This document shows, one piece after another, positions 37,201-49,200 of a stretch of 64,000 nucleotides of DNA (positions are counted from its first letter, which is position 1; every line of letters begins with the position of its first letter). Source of the DNA: Mizuhopecten yessoensis (Eukaryota); assembly GCF_002113885.1 (NCBI RefSeq), contig NW_018405252.1, forward strand, positions 302,001 through 366,000. The letters run 5' to 3'. The notes beneath the pieces were generated by a model that made no database searches, was not told the origin of the DNA, and worked only from the letters and a program-made list of their open reading frames with translations. The translations under genes and the position numbers were made by a program.

Positions 37201-40200
37201 TAGTTATCCTCTTCCAACTGCCAGTATAGGGATATTAGGAGATAATTAAGTTGCCCACTACATGATCATAAGAGATGACTAATGTGGGGCCCCATACAGG
37301 GTCTAGGGGTTTCTTAACTTAGTTTAATCTGAACGCAGGTATATCTGCCTCTATATTCCGATCATAGTCCATATTTACCTGTATTTAATCATAATAAATA
37401 ACAATGTTTTTGATGTGACGTCACTCCGATGTTGTTGTGAATCTCCTTTCATCACTTTCCCAAAATTTATCAATGCTTATTAAGATTTTAAACACCAATG
37501 TCACCGATGTCTCCACTATTACCTCTATAGAATAAGATGTGAGTTAAAGACAACGCAATCTTTCCTCGTATAAAATTCATTAATTCCTGGCAGTACAGTA
37601 ATTTAGTCGCTCTCCGTTAGACATTTCTAGTTGTTCAATATCCTGTTGTTTGTGTGGTTTCCATACACATGCTCCATACTCTAGATGGGGTCGAACTAAA
37701 GCTTTAAACAGTAGGCAGAATGATTATCCAAGTATGTATATGTTCTTCTGATGGCTCCAAGTATTCGGTTTAATCTGTGCCCTCATCATGGGTACACCAA
37801 GGGGACCAACTCATCCTGCTGCCTCGGTCATTGCAATATGTGGGACATTTTTCTATTCTCTCTTTTCTATCTTTGTGTAGTCTTCAAAGGGGTTGCTGTT
37901 CAGCAAAAAGTGATATTATTTATTTGTGACAGGATGGATGCTGTCATGTCCAGATAATGAAATTTCAGTGAAATGACACTTTAAAAATGGTCCTCAAACA
38001 GCATTATAATCTTTAGAAGCCATTATTCACATGACCTTAGCTGTTGTGAAGTTTGGAAACCTCAATCAGTCCATCACTCGATCAATTCTTTGAGTTCGAT
38101 TGTTTCCCCATGGTAGAATTGGGATATATTAAACAGACTCAAGATCACTTCAAATTGTTACTGAAATTTTGTGAAGAAGACTTGCTAAGTATGTATGTAT
38201 ACAGTAGATCATTGTTTTGTACAGATGGAACCTTGCTGTGTAGGAAGCTAGAAGAGGATCCTGTGGAAAAATTGGTTGGATTGCTAGCTGTAAGTTTTGT
38301 GTTGTGACTGTAGATATACAGACAAACTACTGGTAACAGTAAGTTGTGACAACAACAGATACTAGATAATTGTTACATGTAATTTCAGGGAGACAGATTT
38401 TCCTGTTATTTTTCTTTGTGGCCATATTTTAGCCAGTTGTCACATTAATTTGTTAATGCGCCAGTATTATTGTGATTCCAATCCACAGTATCCAGATTCT
38501 TACTTATTACTGAACAGTGAAGCTCCTGTTAATATATCGTGGGAAATACAAGGTGGAGGTAACCTAATGATTGTACTGCTTTAATTACAGAAAATTGATG
38601 AGGAGAACCAGGACTCTGTGCTACTTAACCTGACATGTGGGACCACTTCTTATCTTGGTCTTCTCAAAACGATGCATCTATACTATCTGTAAGTAGAGTT
38701 CACTCCCGTCTCCATTCTTCTTTTACCCATTTAAAAATACATACTGTATACTGGGAATTTCAGCCACAGTTTTACATTCACCTTTTTACCCAAGGTCAAA
38801 TGAGTGCAAAAGTTCAGTGAAATGGTGTACAGGCGTAACTTTTAAATTGTTGAAGACATCTTGATAAAACATGTAGTATACCTAGGTATAACTTCTGGGT
38901 TAAGCAAACTGAAACTCTTTTTGTTGAAAATACAACACCTTTGGATTGCACAAATATACATGTAATTCAACACATGATCATGAGGTGATAACATTAGCGT
39001 TGTTTTAGCTGTTTCACATGGCAATGTTAAAAAATGTTCAGCCTAAAGTTTATAGCTGTCTATGCATACATGAATTTGGAAAATATAGTATGAATTTCAT
39101 AAAAATTTAGAAAATATTCCTGGCTTTTTCCTATTCCTTGGTAGTACGAGGAATTCCAATGGAGAAGTATGTTAAATATTAAACCATCATTGACCATACA
39201 TGGAAAGAAGTAATACTTTAGCTGATATATTAGTAAATTGTTATTTTGTACTACATGTGTTTAACTCTCTTCTTCAGTATTGTTCAACCAAAGTCGGAGA
39301 ACACTATAAGAGATTATGGAGAGACGGGAAATGCAGAAGAGAGAAAAACAGATAAAAATGCCATGTAAGTAAATGTATTACAGATATGACTTTGACCTAA
39401 AACAAATTCAGTCAAATGGATAAAAATTCCTCAAAGCTGCATGTGCATTTAAATTTTGGAGGTTGAATTTCTATCCAAAATATATAAGCAGGAGAAACTG
39501 GTATTTTGTGAACAGACTGAAGGTCAGTGCCATCTTTTTATGCAAATATTCATTACACTTTTACTCTGAAATCTGACCAAGATTTATGCATAGAAAAACA
39601 CTATTTTCAACAAAAACAGGTAGTCAGATTGTGCCTGGCTTTTCACTTAGACGATCCTGGTTCAATTCCCACTCTATCTGGTCCAAAAAAACTGATTAGT
39701 TCATGACTTGTTATATAAAAGTTTAACTCACAAATTTGTTTTCATCAGGCAATATCTTCATCCTTCAGAATCAAATATTGTTTATCAAGTAAATGAAAAT
39801 AAAAAATGATTACACTGAGAGTTCTATGCAGTTTTATTTACGAGATATTCTTTGCACATGCTGTCTTTGTGAAAAGTGTTATGTATTCCCTTGTTGTCCT
39901 ATAAATGTCTTACCACAGTGACTGATTATGCATAACTTCCACATCTGAGGTATGTACATGGTTTATGCTCTTATGATTAAGGCATTCTTGCCTATTGCCA
40001 AAAAAAAAATGGAAGGGAGATCATATTTGGTGAAAAATACCAAATTTTAGTAACCCCTGATTACACTATCTGTTTTACTGAACTTGGTTTGATGTTAAGT
40101 TATTTGTTTCTTTGCAGGTGTCGTACATTATGTGATAAAGTGAAACATTTCCTGTCTGTGTGCCATCTTCGATATTCTGCCATACAAAAGGTATTATGTT

Positions 40201-43200
40201 ACACCTATTCTGTAGTAACACATTGCTAAGTACAAAGTCTACATCTATTTATCCAGTCTCGGTCCCCATCGAACCATGAAACATTGCTTCTCTAATTCTG
40301 TTTGTCCTCGGTTCCAGAGTCTAGTGTACCATAAAACATTGCCTCTGTAAAATTGTTTGTCCTCAGCCCCAGATTCAAATTATAATTTATTAGTCCATGA
40401 CCCAAGGATCCAATATAAACAGGAAAGCATTGCCACCTACAAAAGTAACCTTGTTTAACCTACTACAGCCTCAGACTCCAGTACACAACAACACAGTAAG
40501 TACAAACAATTACTTTACAATCTATCTGTCCACAGCCCGAGGCTCCAGTGTACCCGTACAGCTATTCGGATCTTCTGTCCACCATTATGGCCGTGTTTTT
40601 TGACCTGTTTCTTTTATCCAACAGGTAAGTTCTCCATCATCGAATTTCCTTTGAACAATCTAGTTTTCTTAAATTGTCTCTAAATTTGATTTAAGTACCT
40701 GTTAATTAATTTCCCTTGAAATATGTCAGTTAGAATTTTGTGATAATTCCTAATTACTAAAGTATTATCAAGATGTAATTCTTTTTAACATTAAATTATG
40801 AGTTGTATACCTGTTTACCGCCATAAGAATATGAACAGGAATGTTTCTTTGATCTTTCATAGAAAGTCAAAGAAACAGGAGCAGGCATCCAGGCGATTAT
40901 GTAATTTGGCTTGTTATCTGACGGAGGATAATCCCAGCTACCGACTGGACGTTCTAATACAGATGTCGAAGGTTCACACCGACACTGCCCTACTACTGCC
41001 CTATGTCAGGTATGTACCCTTGTCTGACGTAAGTTCTGGAGTAAAACCTTGTGTGCTGTTAGGGGTGGGCTCAACTCCTGGTGTCAGAGATTACCCGTGT
41101 TAGATCCCAAGGTTTTACGGTAGTTGGATAGAAAATGTTTATAAAGAATCATCCCAATTTGAAAGCATCCGTTGTCTGTGTCAAATTAAATGTAATATGT
41201 TTGTATGTGAAATAAAACAACAATACAGAGCAGTCGGAGAAATACCTTTGGGAATTGTCGAAGAAACTTTTGTGTTTAAAAAAGGGTAAATGAAAGACAT
41301 AGTGACCTAATCAAAATTGGTCCTGCGAGTATACCCAAGGATTCATGTATAATATGATATACATATGTAGTATTATTGATCCAGTAATTATTTGAGTTAT
41401 TGCTCTTTGTGTATTTAGTAAAACTGGAGTCTTGGCCCTTGAAACTTTAAATTTCTGCTCTGTGACTCTAACTTAACCGTTTGTTGGATATTTTGTAATC
41501 TGGCGTAGTGAAAGTACGTCATATGTAGATATGCATGAAGAAAGGAATTTGCGATTCAACTATCTTTCACTGAGTTATGGCCCTTGAAACTTAATTTCTG
41601 TTCCAGAAACTTTGCAAGTGCATCTCCTCCTTAACTGTTGGTTGCATAAAGGAAGGGATTTGTGATTTGAATATTATATCCCCTGCAAACAAAGTTTGAG
41701 GTGGTGTACTATATACAAATCACCTTGTCCATCCGTCTGTCTGTCTGTCTGTCTGTCTGTCTTAGTAGGGATATTTCTTTGTAAGTGTTCAAATTTTCTA
41801 TAGTTGTATTTAGTTTAAATAAGTTTTCATCAGCAGGTGCTACTTGTTTTAGTGGTACCCTAATTTACCTTTGTATCAGTTTATAATGTAGTTCCAGAAG
41901 ATGCTTTTACCAGCTTTTAGCAATGATGACAGGGTTTGTCATTTCTTGTTCTGATCAGCTAGATATAATTATATGTCAGTTTTCCCCCTACCTCTTTCAT
42001 GATTAGTTCTGGTTAAGTGATTTTACAGTATTCCGTGTTGGTGGGCAACTCATGATCACTACTACTAAAATACTTGTGTTATTTGTGTGTTTTGAGGAAG
42101 CTCTCTACAATTGAACTGTTTGTGTGATATTGTGTGGGTTAGTTAGATTATTCAGTACCTGTGCAGTATTGTGTTTAGATAGTTTACCTGGTACTAAGTA
42201 TCATGATGAGCTTATATGGTGTTGCTTTTTCCATCATCCATCAACATTTGCTGCAAACAACCTCTTCTCTCTACTGAGCTGATTTCAGCTGAACTGTACT
42301 AGTATCATGCTAGCCCATATGGATCAGAACTTAACAAATAAAGCAGCTGACTCTCCTAGGATCTGAATGTTGGGGTCAAAGGATGTCAGACCAACATATT
42401 TACATGCAATGACGTCTCCTCCCGACTTACTGGGCAGGTTTTAACCATCAATTATTCCTATTAGGAGTCTCTTTACTGTGTGTTGGTAGGAGAAGCTTTG
42501 AGAAGAAGCCAGATACTGGTGACTTCCACCACTACCTGAAATATGTGTTGGCCCTGCGCACTGTCTGTGACATCACTGATGAAAAGGACGAATCTGGTGA
42601 AATCAACACTCTGAAGCGACAGGCAAGTTTTTGTCATATCTGGCAATGATATCTGTTCTTATAGCTTGTAAATTTGTTAAATTCTTCATAGTGTAATAAT
42701 CAAAATACCAGTCCTCAAGAGTAACAAAATATCTTATCGTTCTACAGACCAGTAAGACTGTACCCGCCCCCAAACATTTCCTGGATTGGTTGGAGGAGAT
42801 TAATGAGGACATCCTTGATGAAATGCCGGTGGAAGACAGGCGCTTCAAGAGATCACAGGTCACCAAGTTCATCCTGGAGGAGGCAGATGATAAGCTGTTG
42901 TCTCTGCTGGCTGATGTAAGTACATATTACACGTCCTTCTCGTTTTCAGGCAACCAAGTATCCATTCTTGATTTGTCACTTTCATTTTTTGTAGCTGTTG
43001 GGCTAGAATTAAATTAGAAAAAACTGTGTTCTCAACACTGACACATAGATAATCTGTTATCCTGTACGATAATAAAGTATCCTGAATGGTTTGGTATCTC
43101 GTATGATATTCAGGTATTCTGGTGTCCTACACAATAAGTCGGTACTCCATGTGATGATTTGGTAACCTGCTCGGTAATCTGGTAACCTGTACACTAATCT

Positions 43201-46200
43201 GGTTACCTGTACACTAATCTGATAACCTGTACACTAATCTGGTAACCTGCTCTGTAATCTGGTAACCTGTACACTAATCTGGTAACCTGTACACTAATCT
43301 GGTAACCTAAATGACAATCTGGTATCCTATGAGATTGTCTGGTACCTGTTCGGTGATCTGACATTATTAACATTCATTAGTATTATAAAAAATGAAATAA
43401 AATAAATCATCTCTAACTTCTATTTCAGCTGATGTTGTTTTCAATATAGATTTTTATTCACAAAGAGACTAGTTGAAAACCCGAGGGGTCAGAATCGAAT
43501 GATCCAGCAGAATATCCTGTATTCCTATTTAGCAGAAACACCATTCAATTTCAGCTGTCTTAATTAACCTGACCTCAGGGCTCAACGTTAAGTTCAGAGT
43601 GTTGTTTCTTGATGTGCTGTGAAACTCCAACAATGAAACATGTACTGGAGAGAATAACTTGAAAGATATTTTGCTACCTTGTTTCATCTATTCTGAAATT
43701 ACTCATAACATGTTTCAGACGTTGACAAATGGCAATGAGGAGACGGAGGATCAAGTTTCAAAAAAGAAAAAGAAGGCCACAAAGAAGAACAAAAAAACAG
43801 ATGAAGAATCCAAAGAGGTAAAAAAATGACAGAAATTTATGTCAGAAAGGCTGCTATTCCGTCTTTTCATATTGCAGAGTTATCCGCTCTTGTGAGAAGG
43901 TATTGATTGTTACGTCATTTGTTTGTGAGAGTAACGTCATCAATTTTTGAGAAAACAACGTAATTTTCTTACACAAACCAATGACATAACAATCAATACC
44001 TGCTCACAAGAGAAGATATCTCTGCAATACGCAAAGACGGAATATATAATACACTGTAGTAGGTCACCAGTCAGATGTCAAATACTACTGTATATTGGGA
44101 ACACCAGTCATATGTCAAATACATGTACTACTGTATATCGGGAAAGTTTCACCTTTTTCGTCCTCCTTAATTAGGGCGAATTTATCATTACAGCAAACTT
44201 TCGTATGAGTAGCAATTAAATGTGAAGGGTGAATACAATATTGGGCGAAAATAGATTTTACAGTTGAAGGGCAAAAATTTGACTGGGCGAAAATTTACAT
44301 GGTATACAGTATAACTGTAGCACTAGCGTATTAATGTTTCCTAAACAGCCCTTGATATGACATAGTGTCGCATAATTAAACTGTTGGTAGACCCAAGTGT
44401 AGCGATATTGGTTATTTATTTGTATTGATTGTGTTTAAAAAGCCAATCATGTTAATCTCATTGCCACAATGCAAAATGTTTTACAGGTCTTTGAGGGTAA
44501 ATCTGAGGGTAATATCTAAATCTACAAATCTTAAAAGTAACAAGAATCAGGATAAAAGTAAAGATATTAACTTATGGTTTAAAGAAACAAATGTGAAATA
44601 CTTACTAAAAATGGACACTAACTAGTCAGTCAAAAGTAAGAAAGAAGAAAGAATTTCGACTTTAGTAAAAATAGAAAATCAGCCATGTAAAACTGGTGAT
44701 AATGTTGGCAAGCCCTACAGATCCAGTGTACCTCATGTTGATATCAATCTTCAGAAATGACACAAGCACTCTATGGTTGTTTTATAGATGGCAGAGGAAG
44801 ATGGCACACCAGACTCTGAGCTGTTCTTCTTAGACACTGGTGGCAATAACGAGGTAAGGTTACTCTGACTGATAAACCTACAGAATTAACATTAGTGTCC
44901 GTCACCATGACTGACGATCTAAACACGGATGTTGTCATTATATATGAAGTGTATATCACTGTATTCTGTTCACTACAGTTTGGATCAGGTCAATGTATGG
45001 TACCCTCAAAGCACGCTCCTAGTCTTGATCTAAAACAGTGAATAGATTAGGTAATAGATGCTGGCCCCAAGCACCTGTTGTTAAGATTGGTCTTTGTAAA
45101 TGACACAAGGTCTGTGTGGTTATTTTGTAGATGACTGAGCAAGAAAACCTTTCGGACTCTGAGCTATTCTTCCTAGACACAGGTCGCAGTAAGAAGGTAA
45201 GGATTGTTTCCCTAACTGAGAATCTTTAACTTCAATTATTGTTAGTTTCGGTCAACATCAAGGCAAATTATAGTTGTTATTGAGCAAACACAACAAGTCG
45301 TAGAGGGTATATAGGGATCTGCTAATACATACATTATGTGTCCTTAATGATGCTATCTCTCTATAGACTTTTCCTATCCAATTGCCATGAAATTTCTTGA
45401 ACAAAGGTTCGATTTGGCACTTTGGGGTCAAAAACAAGGTCACTGTTGCTATAAATAGAATTTTGGTGCCATTGCTCTACAGACTTAATTTCATTTCTGC
45501 TTGTCATGGAACTTTGATGTAATGTTCACGAAAGTCTTTTCTTATACATGTTTCATGTTAACAACATAAGGTGATCAACAAGGTCACTGTTACTTTAAAT
45601 AGAATCTTGGCATCTTGGCATATTTGTGAAATAGCACAGTGGATAGCACACCCGCCTTTCACCAAGACAGCCGGGGCTTTATTCTCCAATCAGACATGAA
45701 ATTGGATCATCTGCCCGACCCCGTGGGTTTTCTGGGGCTATGCTGGTTTCCTCCCACATTAAGACCCTCTGTGTACTTCCATCTGGGCCTACAAGAGTGA
45801 ATAATATAAGTTATAGAAACTTGTTTCATAACTGTTGTAAAATATATACAGTTTATATTATTGCGAAATGTAGGAACAAGTCAATTGTAGAAAGTGTGTC
45901 TCTCAACACATCCTTTCCAGGTCATTGTTATTGAAATGTCAAATCTTCATTTGTTTCATTACTTAAGGATCGAGATACAAAAATGGAGAATCAAGTTCTG
46001 CAAAAGAAGGTTAAGGCATCAAAAACGAAAAAGAAAGAACCCAAGGAGGTAAATACATGACCTTAAGTATGAACCGTTATAATGTAAAATATTAACGGTA
46101 CTAATATTTGCATAATTTCAATGTGTTGCTTTATTTATACAACTGATTTTGTCTTTAGTAATGACTTATATCAAACTGTTCAAAATGATTTGATGATAAT

Positions 46201-49200
46201 AACCATATTGACAGATATCAAATGATGAACTATTACTAAATTTACTGTCGCACAACACATTTAATACCCTCATTTCAAAGGTCAAATCACTATTATTTCT
46301 TTATTGATGCTATCAGGCTCCTGCTACAGAAACAGAGGATCAAGTTGTAAAGAAGAAGAAGAAAAAGGCAAAGAAGGAAAAGAAAGAATTAAAAGAGGTA
46401 AAACCCTGGCATAGAGATAATATCAGGAGGGCTGTCACAGTTCAGTATTACCACACTTGTTATCTCCTTGCATCAAAGTCGTGGAGGGATGTAGAGTTCT
46501 GTTTATACCGTGAGGCACGGTAGTCTAGTGGTAGGACGCTGGGCTCATGACTGAAGGGTTGTGGGTTCGAGTCATGTCATGGCACTGTGTTGTATACTTG
46601 GACAAGATACTTTACTCCGCTTGTTCCAGTCTACTCAGCTGTACGTGGTTGGGCAGTGCTAGAATTGTAGAATGCTAGCTGTGAGCGCCGAAATGGCAGC
46701 ACCGGCTGTATGCTCCCCATGGAGTTGAGAAAGATATTGGCTGGTTGCAAAGCCCCTAGAAACACGGATAATAATTTTTAAACCGCTTTGAGACGACCTA
46801 CGAACTAGGTTGTGATAAAGCGGTATATAAGAACCACCAATTATACATTAATACCTGTAGTCACTTATTGTGATAAAGCGATACATAAGAACCTCCAATT
46901 ATACATTAATACCTGTTTTCACTTGTTGTGATAAAGCGGTACCTAAGAACCTCCAATTATACATTAATACCTGTAGCCACTCATTGTGATAAAGCGGTAC
47001 ATAAGAACCTCCAATTATACATTAATACCTGTTTTCACTTATTGTGATAAAGCGGTATATAAGAACCACCAATTATACATTAATGCCTGTAGTCACTTAT
47101 TGTGATAAAGCGGTACATAAGAACCTCCAATTATACATTAATACCTGTTTTCACTTATTGTGATAAAGCGGTATATAAGAACCACCAATTACACATTAAT
47201 ATCTGTATTCACTTGTTGTGATAAAGCGGTATATAAGAACCTCCAATTATACATTAATACCTGTTTTCACTTATTGTGATAAAGCGGTACATAAGAACCT
47301 CCAATTATACATTAATACCTGTTTTCACTTATTGTGATAAAGCGGTACATAAGAACCTCCAATTATACATTAATACCTGTAGTCACTTATTGTGATAAAG
47401 CGGTATATAAGAACCTCCAATTATACATTAATACCTGTAGTCACTTATTGTGATAAAGCAGTACATAACCTCGAATTATACATTAATACCTGTAGTCACT
47501 TATTGTGATAAAGCGGTATATAAGAACCACCAATTATACATTAATACCTGTAGTCACTTGTTGTGATAAAGCGGTACCTAAGAACCTCCAATTACACATT
47601 AATACCTGTAGTCACTTATTGTGATAAAGCGGTACATAAGAACCTCCAATTATACATTAATACCTGTAGTCACTTATTGTCTTCACTCCAGGGACTTTAT
47701 TCGATTAAATCCAAAGATGCAAGCCAATGATTTTTTCTGAAGCCCAAGTTGAGGCAAATGTAAATGTGTTAGGAATTTGTTAAAGAAAATAGAAATGTGT
47801 ACATATGCAATTATATTTATACACGTCTTTGTAATAACTTCTAGTAGCTAAATAGTGTCACTAGAACTGTCATTACCTTCACTTCACAGCTAAATAGTGT
47901 CACTAGAACTGTCATTACCTTCACTTTACAGCTAAATAGTGTCACTAGAGCTGTCATTACCTTCACTTCACAGCTAAATAGTGTCACTAGAACTGTCATT
48001 ACCTTCACTTCACAGCTAAATAGTGTCACTAGAACTGTCATTACCTTCACTTCACAGCTAAATAGTGTCACTAGAACTGTCATTACCTTCACTTCACAGC
48101 TAAATAGTGTCACTAGAACTGTCATTACCTTCACTTCACAGCTAAATAGTGTCACTAGAACTGTCATTACCTTCACTTCACAGCTAAATAGTGTCACTAG
48201 AACTGTCATTACCTTCACTTCACAGCTAAATAGTGTCACTAGAACTGTCATTACCTTCACTTCACAGCTAAATAGTGTCACTAGAACTGTCATTACCTTC
48301 ACTTCACAGCTAAATAGTGTCACTAGAACTGTCATTACCTTCACTTCACAGCTAAATAGTGTCACTAGAACTGTCATTACCTTCACTTCAATGTTATTAC
48401 AAAGTCAAACCACTACACTGTATTTTCACTACTTCAGGATCAAGTTACAAAAACAGAGGATCAAGATACAAAAACAGAGGATCCAGTTTCAAAAACAGAG
48501 GATCCAGTTTCAAAAAAGAAAAAGAAGAAGAAGAAACAAAAAGAGTCAAAAGAGGTAAATACATGAGATTGCATTCATATTAACCCCAAATTGATGTGAA
48601 ATGACTTGTTTAGGGGGTCTATTTGAATAGTATCTGTACTGTCAACTTCAATACCAGGTGAAATGGCCTACTATAAACTCAACAATACCTTGTCAGGGTC
48701 AAAGTTTAACTGTATTACAATGAAGAATTTGTACTGAGGTAAAAACAGTCTCAACAGTGTTGTGTAGACAGGCCCTATGGAACTGTCTGTGAAAATGACT
48801 CCTCCTAAATAGTTGTCTTTGGAACCGACACAAACTGCATGGTTATTTTGTAGGCAATTGAGCTAGAAGAAAGACAAGACTCTCAGCTGTTCTTCCTAGA
48901 CACTGTTGGCGGTAAACAGAAACAGGTAGGCATGGTTACCATCTAATCTGAACCCAGAGTATATTAGTATTGATTGTTACCATGACTTGTACTCTTAATC
49001 AGATATTTTTATCATTAGCTCACCTGGTATGTCTGTCCATCTAGCTTGATATCCTGAGTAAAATCAACTGATCACCTTGGCTCACATTCAAAGTCACATG
49101 TCAAATATGTAAAGCAATTCAAATAATTTCTTTAAGAACCACAAGGCATGGGGACATTCTGAAGAACAAAATAGTCAGTGAGTCCATATTTGTGCTGTAG

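Noticed and set aside
37881-37909. Candidate 29-nt exon after a strong pyrimidine tract
   Set aside because: Weak gtgata donor, and it would need a weak acceptor at 38051; the simpler phase-0 model does not require it, though it is not excluded.
46512-46585. tRNA-Met-like sequence
   Set aside because: Stems do not pair into a cloverleaf and it continues into SINE body and tail; it is a SINE head.
47841-48386. 181-aa repetitive ORF on the minus strand
   Set aside because: By-product of a stop-free 42-bp intronic minisatellite; no splice or promoter context.
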